The notes under the pieces: model-generated
Databases searched by the model: none
Told to the model about the DNA's origin: nothing
Seen by the model: only the letters and a program-made list of their open reading frames with translations
Program-made: the position numbers and the translations under genes
Assembly: GCA_965287045.1 (NCBI GenBank)
Contig: OZ336874.1
Coordinates: forward strand, 53,630,001 to 53,694,000
Reading direction: 5' to 3'
DNA: 64,000 nt
Origin: Carcharhinus amblyrhynchos
Taxonomy: Eukaryota
Part shown: positions 24,800 through 38,289 of the stretch, one piece after another
How positions within the stretch are numbered: position 1 is the first letter of the stretch
How the letters are laid out: every line of letters starts with the position of its first letter

Positions 24800-25225
24800 T
24801 CCCTGAACACTGGTAATTATCTAAATAAAAGAGGCCTTTCATCTTCCATTCATCAGCACAATTGGCACAAGTGTAAAGGGAACAATAATTTACACTGCAT
24901 GAGAAGAGAGTGCTGGACTCTGATTGGTAGAAGCATTGCCATGGAGAATGAACCAGTTAACTAATGACTGACAGTTAACTGCCAAAACCAGGCAGGTTGA
25001 CTTTAATTGGTCAAGGCATTGCCCTGGGGAATGAACCGGAGACTGGCTGTCATCCACTTTGTTTAGTTGAAGAAGACGCAATGTATGTACGTGTTCTTTC
25101 TGTCTGCAAAGGACAGGGTCCTGTGTATTAATATATGTAGCTTCTACAACATATTAAGTGAGCCACACTGTAAGCCCGACTGATGATCTTAAATTGGTTT
25201 ACAGTCTAATCCTTAGCAATATACT
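24800..25225. repeat. Unclassified interspersed-repeat-like segment with an internal direct repeat of about 40 bp
   Basis: GACTCTGATTGGTAGAAGCATTGCCATGGAGAATGAACC (about 24916) recurs as GACTTTAATTGGTCAAGGCATTGCCCTGGGGAATGAACC (about 24999). Confidence 0.45.
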
Positions 25226-25569
25226 TGGAAATATATCAAGCAACATTTTCAGCAATGTATCAAGATACTTTATTACAAATATTGACTGGGGTTAAGACAG
25301 TAGCAGTAAGTTAACTGTTGACCTGAGTGTTCCTGAATGTGAGAAAAATGTCATCATTAGATTGTAATTCCTCTCTATGATACTATTAGCATAATAATTA
25401 ACAGGAAAATATTTCTGGCCTCTTGACTAGCTTTGGGTGGACATCACCAAAATTATTCCTATTTTGGCCCAAACTAAAAATCTACCCTATGGCGTGCCAT
25501 GATCATACATCTGCAAGCTTAGCTTGAACTTCCATACGATTCCATTGAAAAGCTGAACATAGATGAATT

Positions 25570-26240
25570 AGAAGAAGGACCTAAGCATTGGTCCTGGCTG
25601 GTTTCCCAATGTGACAGCGTGGGGCTGGGAAGGGAAGCCATAGTCTGGTAACAATTGGATAGTCTGGTAACAACTGGGTAGATGAATGGAATCAAGCAAC
25701 AACCTTTCCATAGAGCTAGACAACAAGAACAGGAGAATGATGTGGTCAGTCACTTCACATAGCCAAGGAGGAATATTGCTTTATGGCTGGTGTCTACACT
25801 AGCATTCACTAGTGTAGTGGCAGAATGCCAGATTGATCAAACAGAGCTGCGGAAGAAATGACCGTACAGCTGGGAGACAAGGTGGAGTGGTAATTCTTGA
25901 GAAGAGAATGTCAAGAGTGTTTTTAAGGAGGAAATAATGGTGGTAGTTTTCTTAGAACAGTGGGGGCAGTGTCCGAGAAGTGGGACATATTTACTCTGCC
26001 AGTGGATGTTGGAAGGATGTTGAATGGTAAGGAGTGGGAATGTTATCAATAAACCAGAAAGAAGATGAATCTGGGGAGGATAGCATGTGATGGGAAGGAT
26101 CTAGAGGGAAATAGGACTTTATGGCTACAGTAGAAAGGAATGACTTGAAGGGCAAATGGAAGGGAGGTGGGGGTGGAGCAGCAAAGCCGTGATAAACTAC
26201 CTTCATAATGTGTTAGAAACATCCTGACCAACTGGATCAA
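25570..26240 (-). mobile_element. Highly decayed L2-like LINE fragment
   Basis: Purine-rich + strand typical of antisense L2; only weak peptide similarity. Confidence 0.35.
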
Positions 26241-26883
26241 TGTAAAAGTACAGTGTTTGATTTCAGATGATAATTCGGACTCTTGATTATTTCAATAGAA
26301 TAGGAAATAATTTGCTTTTATCATTACAGCGTTCAGTTACAGTCAGTTAGGTTTATTTTATATTGTGTAAGGTAAAGTTAGTTTTTATCAAGAAGTCCTC
26401 CATTCACCTGCTTAGATTCTTCTACAGATTTTGTAATAATCAATATACAACACTGTTGAATTGAGTTTTATTGGTTTGATATGCATGGATATTGGCAGCA
26501 AAGAATAGTTTCTGTTGATCTGAAATACATGGAAATGTTCAGGACACAGTGTGGAATAGAGAAATTGACCTATCCATGATGATAAAACAGTATTGTAAGG
26601 AAACTGGAATGACAACATGGCAGAATGTTTTGTTGCACAAACTGCAGTTCATTTTTATATGGGTTGAAGTTCCACTTAAACCTGTATTGAACCATCGAGG
26701 TAATCAAACGTCAGTGCTTCGGGGAGCTTCAAAACCTCTTGTAGCTGAGTAAAATGTGTATAATCAGGGAACATGAAAGTTTGTCCAATTTCTGTGAATT
26801 GCCATTGATGATTGCAAAATTCCCATGAGGTATTACCAAATATGGTTTTAGTAATGGCATTAAGAATGTTGAAATTGTGACTT

Positions 26884-26990
26884 AGGCTGGAATTTTCTGG
26901 CCCTGCCTGCAGGCAGGGTCTTCTGGTCCCACTGAAGACAGTGGATTTTTGGCTGGCTTATTACTTCACAGTGGGGCCAGAAAATCACCT
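26884..26990. mobile_element. MITE-like non-autonomous DNA element
   Basis: Ends GGCTGGAATTTTCTGG ... CCAGAAAATCACC form imperfect terminal inverted repeats shared with other copies in the window. Confidence 0.55.
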
Positions 26991-28409
26991 GGTTTAAGCA
27001 ACTAGAAGTAAATCAAAATGTGTGTGATGGAACAATCGAAGACTAGTCAGTGCGATGTTTCCATCAATTGAAAACACTTCTTAAATTACTTCAGGAAAAA
27101 GAAGATTGAATTTGAGATGATCCTGTATTCTGGGATGTGTAAATTCTGCTAGGCTCCCACAATTATTGATGCTGTGTCCCAGAGATAAAAGGAAATAACA
27201 TGCTGAGTACAAGAGATGAGAATATTTTCTTCTCCAGATCAGAAGATATAATCTCTAAATTATATTGTATACTTGCTGTTTCCTCCTTTTTATGTTTTAT
27301 TGATACTATCAGCTTTTCAATGACCACAAGTTTATATTTGCTACCGTAGTGTTTTTGTTGTTTTGGCCTATCTAAAATCAGATGCCATTTGATAGCAAGA
27401 GAAGCAAGTTTTATATATTGAATATTATAAAATCTGTACTAGTGATCTGAATGTCTGTCCTGAATTTAAGGTAATAACCTGAAAATCAGTGTTTATTAAA
27501 ACCCTGCACTAAAAGACTATGAATTGTCAGTGATCACTGAAGTTCTGCAGAGGGAAATCAGATGGACCTGCGCATTAGAAGTCAAATACTAATTTTGTAT
27601 TTGTAGTAAATTCAAATGGAACTATTGATGACTGGATTTAGAGTTTTCCTTTTTAAGTGTTGAGTAATGTCATATAACATAGATCAGCAAACCATGCCCT
27701 TAAGATCTTTAATGGAATTTGACAGGAGCTTGTTTGGGAAATAATAACTAGTGTTGATAGTAAACAATTGGCCAGTTTGAGAAGACATGAAGAATGTCTT
27801 GTTTGTCCTGGTCAGGATTTGTCTTTGATGCAAATTAGTGTTAAATTCCACTGATCCCAAAAGGAAATATCATCTCGGGCAAGAATTCCTAATAGAGTCC
27901 CTTTGCTATTGAATGAAAGACTAGCTCTGCAGTTGGTGAAGTTCTTTTTTTTGTCTTGACCCTGGTGGGGATTTAACAAATCTTATTAAGTAATACATTA
28001 TCTGTATGGATGTCAGGGGTCTTTACTGTTTCAGCTTTTTGATTAGGGTGATAGTGCTGGAAAATGTTACAGCTGTACTGATACTAAGCACTGATGCAGA
28101 CAGTCTCATTGCTGGAGTAATAGAATCTCTGTGCTGGTGATTGTTAATGAACTGTATAAGTGAACTATTTTGGGCTCATTTCGTACACTGCTGATTGCTT
28201 TACTATTGCAAAGCCTTATGTTTGAGAGAAGTAGAAAATTCATGCAGTGTAAGTTCCACAGTGTAATGATTAATGAGAACCAGGACATAATTGTCATGAT
28301 AGGAAATAATAGCACATAGGGCAAAAATTACTTTCTAGGCCCCTACAGTAATTTAAGTTTGAAGTGAAATAAAGTAATTTATTATAGTGAGCGTTGAGTA
28401 TCTTTACTT

Positions 28410-28518
28410 CCAGTGTACCCGAATAAACACTGGAGTGTGGTGACTAGGGGATTTTTGCAATAACTTAATTGCAGTGTTAATGTAAGTGTACTTGTGACAT
28501 TAATAAATAAACTTAAAC
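28410..28518 (+). mobile_element. SINE 3' fragment
   Basis: CAGTGTACCCGAATAA..GACTAGGGGATT..TTGCAGTGTTAATGTAAG..CTTGTGACATTAATAAATAAAC; a reverse-complement copy lies at about 43545-43670. Confidence 0.65.
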
Positions 28519-29075
28519 CTCACTCGTTTTGAGGATAACCTGAAATATTTCCTATAGTAGTTTACCAGGTGGACCGTAAGTAAAAGTATCCTTGGTAAAG
28601 AATTTACAAAGATATTTATGACCAAAAAATAGTGAAGTTTTGCTAGTTAAACAGTAAATTCTATATTAGTTGCAAGTGCTGTATTTGGGTAGAAAAATAT
28701 TCAAATAACTTTAGAAATTGCATAATATATTACTGTTTTCTACTTGAAAGAGGGACAAATCAATTTTGTTGCACAAAATTGCACAAGTACTGCAGAATAT
28801 AAATTGAAAATAATTATCAATACACATATTGTAAGTAGCCCATTTGTTCTTGTGAAAGGTTGAGGGAAGGCTGGTTTCACTGCCAAAATCATGGTTCTTT
28901 AGTCTAGGACAATAATGGTAACATTGTTCTCAGAGAACTTGATGAGATACAGAAGAACATTTTAAATGACATTTTTTAATAAGTTAATTTGACCCATTGC
29001 ATTCTTTGGCAATGTTTATTCAGGCTACAGGTACATATGAACCATGTGCAGGCTGTGGGAATATTTCAACTAAAA

Positions 29076-29296
29076 TCATTGAATCCCTACAGTGCAGGAG
29101 GCCATTCGGCCCATGAGCAGAGTAACTGTGTGGGGTTGCGGGAATAGCGCCTGGGTGGGATTGTTGTTGGTCTGCACCGACAACAATCCCACCCAGGCCC
29201 CATTCCTGCAACTCCACACATTTACCCTGCTAATCCCCCTGACACTAGGGTCAATTTAGCATGGCCAATCAACCTAACGCGCACATCTTTGGACTA
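29076..29296 (-). mobile_element. V-domain SINE (HE1-like) fragment with internal fold-back duplication
   Basis: GAATCCCTACAGTGCAGGAGGCCATTCGGCCC tail and CAATTTAGCATGGCCAATCAACCTAAC..CACATCTTTGGAC body; inverted repeat 29117-29230. Confidence 0.8.
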
Positions 29297-31684
29297 CACA
29301 TAAATTAACTACCATTTAAGGTGTAGCAGTAACTTTCATACCATTTATACATTGCGAATTTATTATCCCAGAATTTAAAATCAGCTATTTCATCGTCACT
29401 TTTATATAATTTGTACAGCAATAAAGCTTGTTTAATATCCCATATTGTTCTGGTACTTTGCAATGCACAACTAATTTAAAGTTAAAACAAAACATAATTA
29501 GATCTATTCATACCGGATCTAGGAGTGAATTACCCTATGATTAACATTATTTCTGGAAGTAGAGTTAATCTTTTAATCCCATTACACCTGTTTTGCAAAA
29601 CGTGGACATTTAGTATTCTCATTTGTCTGTTTTTGTGGCTTTCTGTTATTTTTCATTTTCTTTCTTGTTTGTTTTCAAAGATCTCTCTCTACTCATATGC
29701 TGAGAAAGTCTTATTTAGTGCAGAAGGTGTTATTTAGTGCAGATCGTTTGTTTCTGTCCTACAGAATGCATTTTATAAATGTTTTTGTTATAAGGTATAA
29801 AGATCTTAATTTCCAATTTTAACATGCAGTTGTTTTCAGAAAACAATACGAAATGTAATAATTTTAAGAAATCTTTATATCTCCAAAGGAATGGCTTCTA
29901 TTAAGCCTGGGACGTACAATCTTATATTTTGTTGCTGCCGTTTTCAAGTTCTCAGTGGCAAGTAAGGTGCTCACAAATAAGTGCAAACTTAAATTCTGAA
30001 TCGGGAACTGAGCAACTAAAGGAACTCCTCAAAGCTATGTTAAACTGAATGTGGACTATACAAATAATATGACATGGTGGAGGAATGTAACAATTACTTT
30101 AGCACTTTAACATCCATCATGGCGTTGCTGACACTTAGTTGGAGGTTTTATGAGTAGCTATGTAATTTCAAGTAGTATTATCATGAGCACTGATTAAATA
30201 GGATTGGGAGAAACATGGGATTTCAACATTAATGTTGTAGGGTCTCAAAATCCATGACTACTTAGTACAATTTCAGGATCTCACAAGTACCAAGAGAGGT
30301 GATCCCATGGTTTTGAGACACTAATATGGTTGGAGTGGTTCTAAGATCATTGCAACAGATCTTAATCAGGGATCATTGCAGTAAGGATCCTGAGATTAAT
30401 GACTATTGGGAAGGAAAATAAATTCATTCTCAGTGGAAATCCATTCTTCACAACTGCTGCTTAACACAATTCTCAACTAACTGTGTACTTAGTAATAGAA
30501 AAGTTGTTTTTACCTCAAATTAAATCTACCCAAAATAAATAATTGACATTCACTCTCTGGTTTGATTTTTTAAAAACCTTTTGGAAAATCAAGGATTTCA
30601 CAAATCTTCAAATGATGAAGGGAATTGCTTTTCTGCTTCAAATGCATGATGGGAAATTCTGCAAAGTGTACATGCTCAGAATGCACGGTTGTGGCTGGAA
30701 GTTCTGTGCAACATTTTCTAAGCTAGAGGACTCAAGTCCAAGTTTAAGTTTTTAAGATATGCTGAGACTTTGAAGTAAAGTTTCAAAGAAGACATCAAGA
30801 TACAAAATGAATGATAAATTTAATCATTATTATTGTGAGATATGTCTTAAAGTATTTTGTTTAAAACTTGTTTTGGAAATTATAAATTTCAGTTACTAAG
30901 AAAAAATGACAAACATAACATTTTTGATAAACATCTTGATTGGTTCATCAACAAACTGACGGGCAAGTGGCTAAATTGTAAATTAACATTATAAATATTT
31001 ATATCCAGTTTCAACTTTAAATGTTGACTTTAAAATTCTGACAAGAATTGGATAGAAATTGCATGCTTATGAAATATTTTTAATAAGATAAATTAATATT
31101 CTAGAGTGTATGCAAAATGCTATGCATCAAGTCCTGATGCATTTCAGATCCACATTGAGGATTGTATTGAAGCTGCTGACAGGAAATTTCTTGTCAACAC
31201 ATGTATAAGGTATATGTTGCATATATACATATACTGTATACATCTGTACTACATGTTTCTACAGAATAATACAAATAAAGCAAAAGTGTAGTCATTTAAA
31301 ACACAATGGAAAATGCAATATCTAGAAATCTGTCCATAAGCAATTGTGGCATAGTAGAAATGCACTTAGCAGAATGGTTAATCTTCAAACCTTAAAATAA
31401 ATTGACAATAGTGTATTTTGTCAGCTTGTTCTTTTAGGGTAATAAACAGTCTGGCATATTGCTGCTGAATGGGCTGTGAGGACTCCAACCAGGATTGTGT
31501 CCTTGAGAGACATAAGGAAATGCTATTTTATTTTGTTTCTTTGTTAATGAAAATGCTGTAATCAATTTGTGAGGTACCAAACAACATAAGGATAGGTTTT
31601 TGTATTTGCGACCTCAGCGTTAAACATTGTCAGAATGTAGCACAGAGTGGAAAATTGGTTGGGAAGGATTGCATGCCTGGTGTA

Positions 31685-32140
31685 CAAAGAACAACCCAGC
31701 ACGGGAAACAGGCCCTTCAGCCCAACGAGCCCGCGCCGCCGCATCACCCTACACCTATTCTACCCTGCGTGTCTACGAATGGAACCCCTAACTTACCCAG
31801 ATTCAGGGGAGAATAGTGTCAATTTGGTAAAACCAATCAGCCTAAGAGCACATCTTTGGGGTGTGGGAGGAAACCGGAGCGCCCGGAGGAAACCCACGCA
31901 ACCACAGGGAGAATGCGCAAACTCCCACAGACACAGGCCCAAATCCATGAAGCTGCACAGCTAGCAGTGCTAGCCACCGAGCTGTTGCGGCGCCCATCTA
32001 CCGGTCCAGGATCAAGCACACACACCGACACGAAGTACTAGGCCACTCCCGGAACTTCCAAGAGCAGCCCACGCACGACCCACCGTGTGCATGCCCCTCG
32101 TTTGACATGAGGTGGACCTCCACCTGCGGAATAAAAAGAC
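31685..32140 (-). mobile_element. Young CpG-rich V-domain SINE with CR1-type tail and atypical 5' extension
   Basis: - strand V-domain GCGTGGGTTTCCTCCGGGCGCTCCGGTTTCCTCCCACACCCCAAAGATGTG and tail GGGCTGAAGGGCCTGTTTCCCGTGCTG..TTGTTCTTTG; many intact CpGs. Confidence 0.8.
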
Positions 32141-32849
32141 CTATTCTGTTTTTTTCCCCATCAATTTAAACAAAAGGAAAATTAGGCAGACCATGTTATT
32201 GGCATGCAATCTTCCTCATTTGAGTTCATTCTGTGACCATCCCAGGCAGTGATTAATTCCCAGATAATTAGAATAAAAATCTATCTAGCAATATTTAGGA
32301 GAGTTTTATGGTAAAATATTTGTGGTATACATCAAAAGAATAACAGTGCGTAGAAGGAAGCCACAAAACTGTAACCTTATTGTTTAGTGAAATGTGCAAA
32401 CTGGAGTTGAAGAAGTTTGTGCCTGTGTTTTGCATATGATTGTGTGACTTTCATAGTCCTGTCTCTTAATTTTTACTGCATGAATCGTTTCAGAAGTGGG
32501 TGATGATTAGTAATGACAACAGTGTACTACACGTTTTATGTTTAGTGATTCTAGTGAAGAAATTACTCCTTGCTGTGTTCTGAGTTTGTTTTATCACTAT
32601 TCATATGGGAAGTGGCTCACCCATGAAAATGTGCCAGCCTGAACCCAATACCGAATCACTGAGCAATGTTGCAAATTACTCCTACAATCAACCAGCCTTT
32701 TAATTTTATATATGCAAATTTTTTTCTGTGCTTGGCTTTATTATTAGAAGTCAGTGCCACATGAAGCTAGATGATGGTTAATATCAGAAATTACGCCTTG
32801 TGGAGGACATATGGAAGAGTGTAGGAAGTTTTACATTCTGCAACTGAAG

Positions 32850-33350
32850 AGGAAATTGACTAGGTTGATTCTGGAGTTAAGAGGGTTGGCTTATAAGGAG
32901 AGACTGAGTAGACTTGGGACTATACGCATTGGAATTCAGAAGAATGAGGGGAGATCTTATAGAAACATATAAAATTGTGAAGGGAATAGATAAGATAGAA
33001 GCAGGGAGATTGTTTCCACTGGCAGGTGAAACTAGAACTAGGGGGCATGGCCTCAAAATAAGGGGGAGTGGATTTAGGACTGAGTTGAGGAGGAACTTCT
33101 TTACTCAAAGGGTTGTGAATCTGTGGAATTCCCTGCCTGTAAAGCAGTTGAGACTACCTCATTGAATATTTTTAAGGCAAAGATAGATTTTTGAACAGTA
33201 AAAGAATTAAGGGTTATGGTGAATGGTTGGGTAAGTAGAGCCAAGTCCACAAAAAGAACGAGCCAAGTCCACAAAAAGAACAGCCATGTTCTTGTTGAAT
33301 GGTGGAACAGGCACAAGGGGCCAGATGGCCTGCTCCTGCTTCTAGTTCTT
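32850..33350 (+). mobile_element. CR1-like LINE 3' end just upstream of exon 3
   Basis: GLYALEFRRMRGDLIETYKIVKGIDKIEAGRLFPLAGETRTRGH..RRNFFTQRVVNLWNSLP; perfect 22-bp tandem duplication at 33238-33281. Confidence 0.92.
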
Positions 33351-33474
33351 AAATTAAGTATTTGGGGATTCATTAAGAAAGCAGTAATTTGTAGAAAGAT
33401 TTTACATAATACGAATATCATTAACAACAAATCTTGGTCATAATAACTGAAAAGACCCCTTTTTTTCCCCTCAG

Positions 33475-33664
33475 TTGGTGGTAGAGTGAGTCAAGAATTA
33501 TCATACACACGACAGAAGATAGGGGAGGAAGCCATGTTCAATCCTCAGATCATGATTCAAACATCTCCTGAGGAAGGTGCTAATGTTCTAACAGTTGAAG
33601 CGCTGCAGCAGCACCTTAACTCTGCATTTAATGCCAGCAGAGTTCAAGTTTATTTGTACAACAA
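33475..33664 (+). CDS. PTCH1: Patched 1, exon 3 (190 nt)
   Basis: cccctcag|TTGGTGGTAGA; [37 protein letters not shown]; donor AA|GTAAGT. Internal GCCATG at 33534 corresponds to the short-isoform start Met. Confidence 0.98.
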
Positions 33665-33934
33665 GTAAGTAACATTGCTTCAATCACATCTCTTCATATT
33701 TTCTAAATCGTGTGGAACTGTTTTCAAAATCAAATTAAATCTTTGTTCTTTATGGCGATTTGAGCCTTTAATGTAGGCTAATGTACCATATTGCCACTAT
33801 TTCAGACCAGTTAAGTCTGGTCCAATCTTCTTGTTGAGGTGCAGTCTAATCTTCGTGATTTTTCATGTTTATCTTGCCGATGTGTATTTTTTTAACTAAG
33901 AATTTCTATTTTTTTTGTTCTTTTTATCATTCAG

Positions 33935-34004
33935 ACAGTGGACCTTAGACAACTTATGTTATAAATCAGGAGCACTTGTAACGGAAACTGGTTGGATGGC
34001 TCGG
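33935..34004 (+). CDS. PTCH1: Patched 1, exon 4 (70 nt)
   Basis: attcag|A CAG TGG; QWTLDNLCYKSGALVTETGWMAR; donor CGG|GTGAGT. Confidence 0.96.
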
Positions 34005-34153
34005 GTGAGTTTGGATTCCTCCTTAAAATAAATGGAACTTTAAAAAATCAAAACATATTCCATTAGACAAAGTAATGTTTCATCTTTAAATTTTTTTAAT
34101 ATATGCTAGCTATACTTGGTGAGCTAAATGTGATACTTCTATATTTTTACCAG

Positions 34154-34245
34154 CTTATTGAAAAATTGTATCCTTGTGTAATAATTACACCCTTGGATTG
34201 TTTCTGGGAAGGTGCTAAATTACAGTTGGGAACAGTCTACTTACC
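34154..34245 (+). CDS. PTCH1: Patched 1, exon 5 (92 nt)
   Basis: ttaccag|CTT; [31 protein letters not shown]; donor CC|GTAAGT. Confidence 0.97.
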
Positions 34246-36620
34246 GTAAGTAAATCTTAGTTACCTCTAGTTTTAGTTCCATCAATTAAAACTTATAGAT
34301 TTAGATTCTTAGAAATTACTTGTGATTTTTCTTGCGTATACCGTTTTATTATAAATGTGAGTTATTTAAATAAAGATAACTGCAAGGTAAAGCATTGCCT
34401 ATACATTGATTCAGGATTTTAATTTGTTCCTTCTCTGACCTAAGGGTCAAGAATATTGAAATTTTGAGGTTGTGCTGGTTTAAAAATGTCTGTCTGTAGA
34501 ATATTATTAATACTTATTTCACTATACCCTCCTGTACTAAATGCTTTAGAAATGGGCATAGGCTGAAATTGCACCTTGATGCATAAACTGATCTGGGATC
34601 AAACTGTGTACAAATATCCCTGAAAAACACGCAACCCAAAATTGGGTTGGGGCAATTTTTGTGTCCCTGCCAGCCACCTATAACAGACGTCTTACATTTG
34701 TAGGTTTACTAACTGTTTTTGGAATTTGTGCAGAAATTGGTTGCATAGAGTAGAGCAGGCTCTCTAGATTCTTCAGTGGCCATTGTTTTTGACCTAGGGG
34801 AAACAGAAGTGCTCCCCCAAATCTGCAGTGTCTGATTGCTGTTCCACATCTACTCTAACCCCTTCCCCCAACCCCACTTCCTAGGCCACTTCCAGCGAAG
34901 CAAGTGACCCGATATTCATTTTTCAAATGGGCAAGCTGCCTGTGGAGTTGCGACAGGAGCCAGCAGCTTACTCTTTCAATAGTAATGAGACTCGAGGTAC
35001 AATTTCATGCCAGACTCAAACCACCTGGTTCTAGTCACTCGTTTTGGCCACAGTCATACCTAAAACCAAACGCCAATATATTTTACCCCTCAATCTTTTT
35101 ACCCAGTTCACACAGCAAACATTTGGTGCCATCAATCTCTGTTCTACTGCCCATTCACATCAATCAATGGAGATTTTTGCCTGCTGACATCAATTAACAG
35201 AGAGTAGTGAAAACATATTTTTTCACATGCGACTGCTTATCAGTCGCTTACATTTCATATTTAGACATGGAATATTATGTAAATTTATAGGAAAATGATC
35301 CTAACAAGAATCATTAGTTTTTTTATTCTCTCTGAGATTTTGGAGTTTGTTGGCAGTGTGGGCAAGCACAGGGAATAGATAATGTAAAAATGGAATTGTA
35401 AATAAGGGTTTTGTGTTTTCTGGTTGGGAGGGTTGAAATAATGACTCAAGCCTGGTTAAGCAGATACAATGTGGTTTGAACCACAAAATAACCCAGCCAA
35501 AAGCCTCTCCAGTCTGTCAGCATCAGGAAGAAATTCAAAGGTGGGGGGGGGAAATGTTGGTCGGTTGCCAGGTTGTCAAAGAGCATAAAGAAGTAAGGTA
35601 TCATTAGTGGTAATAAAGGTCAGATACTATGATTGATTCAAGTAGAAAAACAGTTATTATAATACAGGAGGACTGTAATCAGACATTATGTCACAATCTT
35701 TTGATGCTGCCAGATGCTAGTTTCTTATCCTATTAATGTGCAAATGTGACATCATATTTTCACAGTGGAAAAGTCTCAGTAGGCATAGGTTGTCAACACT
35801 TTCATATTAAACACTAATTCATCTCACAGTATCAATCAAAGTAACAGGCGGAAATTGGAAGAGCATATCTGTTAAAATATTTATATTTCTTTAGATTAAA
35901 CAGAAACAAATAACTATCCAGGGAAAGAGAAATATTCAATTTATTGGAAATGGAAAGCAATCAACATTTTTGCTGTACATTTGCTTTCAGTTTGAGAAAC
36001 TTAGACAATATGATAGTGTGTTTCTTTTCGCTTCAATGTCTGTATATATAAACATTTTTTTAGCCTCACATTCAAAATCCTTTATTTTTGTGAGTTTTTT
36101 TTGATCTTTGGACTTTATTCTTTTTGCCTATTTTTGTCTATTCAGCCTGGTACTAGAGTAGGGTGGGCTTCCAGCTCTCCAGTGCTGTTGGTAGCCACCA
36201 GGAGGTGCTAGAGATCACCTAGGTATGTCCTTCTTTCTAAATTGCTATTCTTTCTACTGGGAATCCTTTCAGCCTCCCACTCAATGCAAATTATAAATGC
36301 AACGGCACTAGACTCCATACAACTGACTATTAGCATGCAAACCCGCAACATCACTGAGCCTCCCAGAAAGTTCACTTTGACCCATTGTGCACTGAATGAA
36401 TTTTAACACAAAATTAAAATGCTAATTTAATTTGCAAGATTTAACTAAATTAAGATATCTAATGTGGTGAGATTTTTGGCAGCCATATTTAATAGGGATG
36501 GCAATCCTGGCAGCAATCAATTAGTTCATGATGTAACTAAACTCATAATGCAACTCCCAACTGCAGTAAACACTTTTAGATGTTATTTTTTAATGAATGA
36601 GTTTATCTGTTTCTTGACAG

Positions 36621-36819
36621 AGGTAAACTGCAGTTGCAATGGACGAATCTTGACCCGTTAGAATTCCTGGAGGAGTTGAAGAACCTAAAGTCTGAGGTGG
36701 ATGGTTGGGAGGAGATGCTGAACAAGGCTGGGGTTGGACATGGTTACATGGATCGGCCATGCCTGAATCCTGCAGATCCAGAATGCCCACATACTGCCCC
36801 TAATAAAAACTCAACAACA
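36621..36819 (+). CDS. PTCH1: Patched 1, exon 6 (199 nt)
   Basis: ttgacag|A GGT AAA; [47 protein letters not shown]; donor ACA|GTAAGT. Confidence 0.98.
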
Positions 36820-37054
36820 GTAAGTAATAACTGTAGACGTTCTATCTAAATTGGGTTCATATCATGGTAATTATTACTGAACTTTCATTGTGAAACATTG
36901 ACGTAGACAATTTGCCATAATGATCATTTTTTAAGTGTTAATTAAAAGTCTGTCTGAATTTAAATTGAAAAATGTGGGAAACAATGAACCGTCTCGTTAC
37001 TGTTTATAATTGTATGGTACCCAGTTGTCTAATGATGCTTTACTGTATTTGCAG

Positions 37055-37176
37055 CCTCTTGATATTGCCCGTGTGTTAAGTGGTGGTTGCCAGGGCCTGT
37101 CCAAAAAGTACATGCATTGGCAAGAGGAGCTAATTTTAGGAGGCACCACAAAGAACAGCAGTGGAAAACTACACAG
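37055..37176 (+). CDS. PTCH1: Patched 1, exon 7 (122 nt)
   Basis: tttgcag|CCT; [40 protein letters not shown]; donor AG|GTAACC. Confidence 0.97.
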
Positions 37177-38289
37177 GTAACCAACCACTGTAATCAATTT
37201 GCACACCTCAAGTTATAGAGTTTCATTTGCAGTATGCAACAATCAGAAAACAGAAATACACAATATTGAAACCTTAGCAAGGATCCTCTGGTCACGGCCA
37301 CATTATAGACCTAATTTTAATCTTCCATTGGAGTTGGTTATGGAATGGGCAGATGCTGCTGGGGATATCACTTTGTTTCGCGCAAAGTGGGTGGAATTTC
37401 ATACCCTCTAGGCGGCGTTTTTGGATTTGGGTGGGGACACATTTAATCAGGCCTGAGAGTGGGAAGTCGCATCTCCGCCACCTTCTGCTGTAAATGCCCA
37501 CTTGAGGGTCTCATACTTATACAAGCAGCAGATACAAAATGCAAACTTCCTCAGGGGGATGGGGTGGGTTGGGGTGGGGGGGATCTCAAAGGCACTCAGA
37601 GCCATACTGAGTGACCTAGCATTGGTAAGGGGAGGAGGACATTCAGAGCAGCCCAGCTCTTTCTTACCCTCTTTCCCACAGTCCCCTCCCCGAAGACCAT
37701 CCCAACCCCGTCTACCTGTGGCCTGGGTCCCTTATTGATCATGGGTCCTGTAGAATGTATTAGCAGCATCCACCCCGAGTGGTGCTGACAGCAATGGGGA
37801 GCTGTTGGCTTTTGATCAGCCCACAGTTCCCAGGGTCCTGGATCCCAGGAAAACATGCTGCTGGACACATAAGTGCCTGATTGGCACTGAATACAGCTAA
37901 AAGGTGATGACTTAGGGTTCTTGCCAGCCAGCAGGTAAAACCCTGTCACCTGGATTAAATTCTGGTCAGTGCAGACTTCTGCTCCCTTTTTAAGCCTGAT
38001 TGTGGGGTTCAGAAACCACATGGAAATCCAATCTTATATGTTGTAAATATTCACTGAGCTATCATCTAGGAAGGGGAAGCTCTCCAAGAAGACATTTTTG
38101 TTAAATGTGAAAAGACTTGAGCAGTGAACCTTGTGTAAACCAAAGAGGATCTTGTCTTAGAAAATACAACTATTTTTGTAAAGACACAGCTATTTAAATG
38201 ATCTGATGGCCACAATTCCTGTTATGTATAGAAGTGCCATTGATGACAGAGACCTTGTATTAACCCCTCTGACGCATCCTCCCAAGACC

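Noticed and set aside
33238-33281. 22-bp perfect tandem repeat, superficially CRISPR-like
   Set aside because: Two adjacent copies with no spacer inside a CR1 3' end; a simple local duplication.
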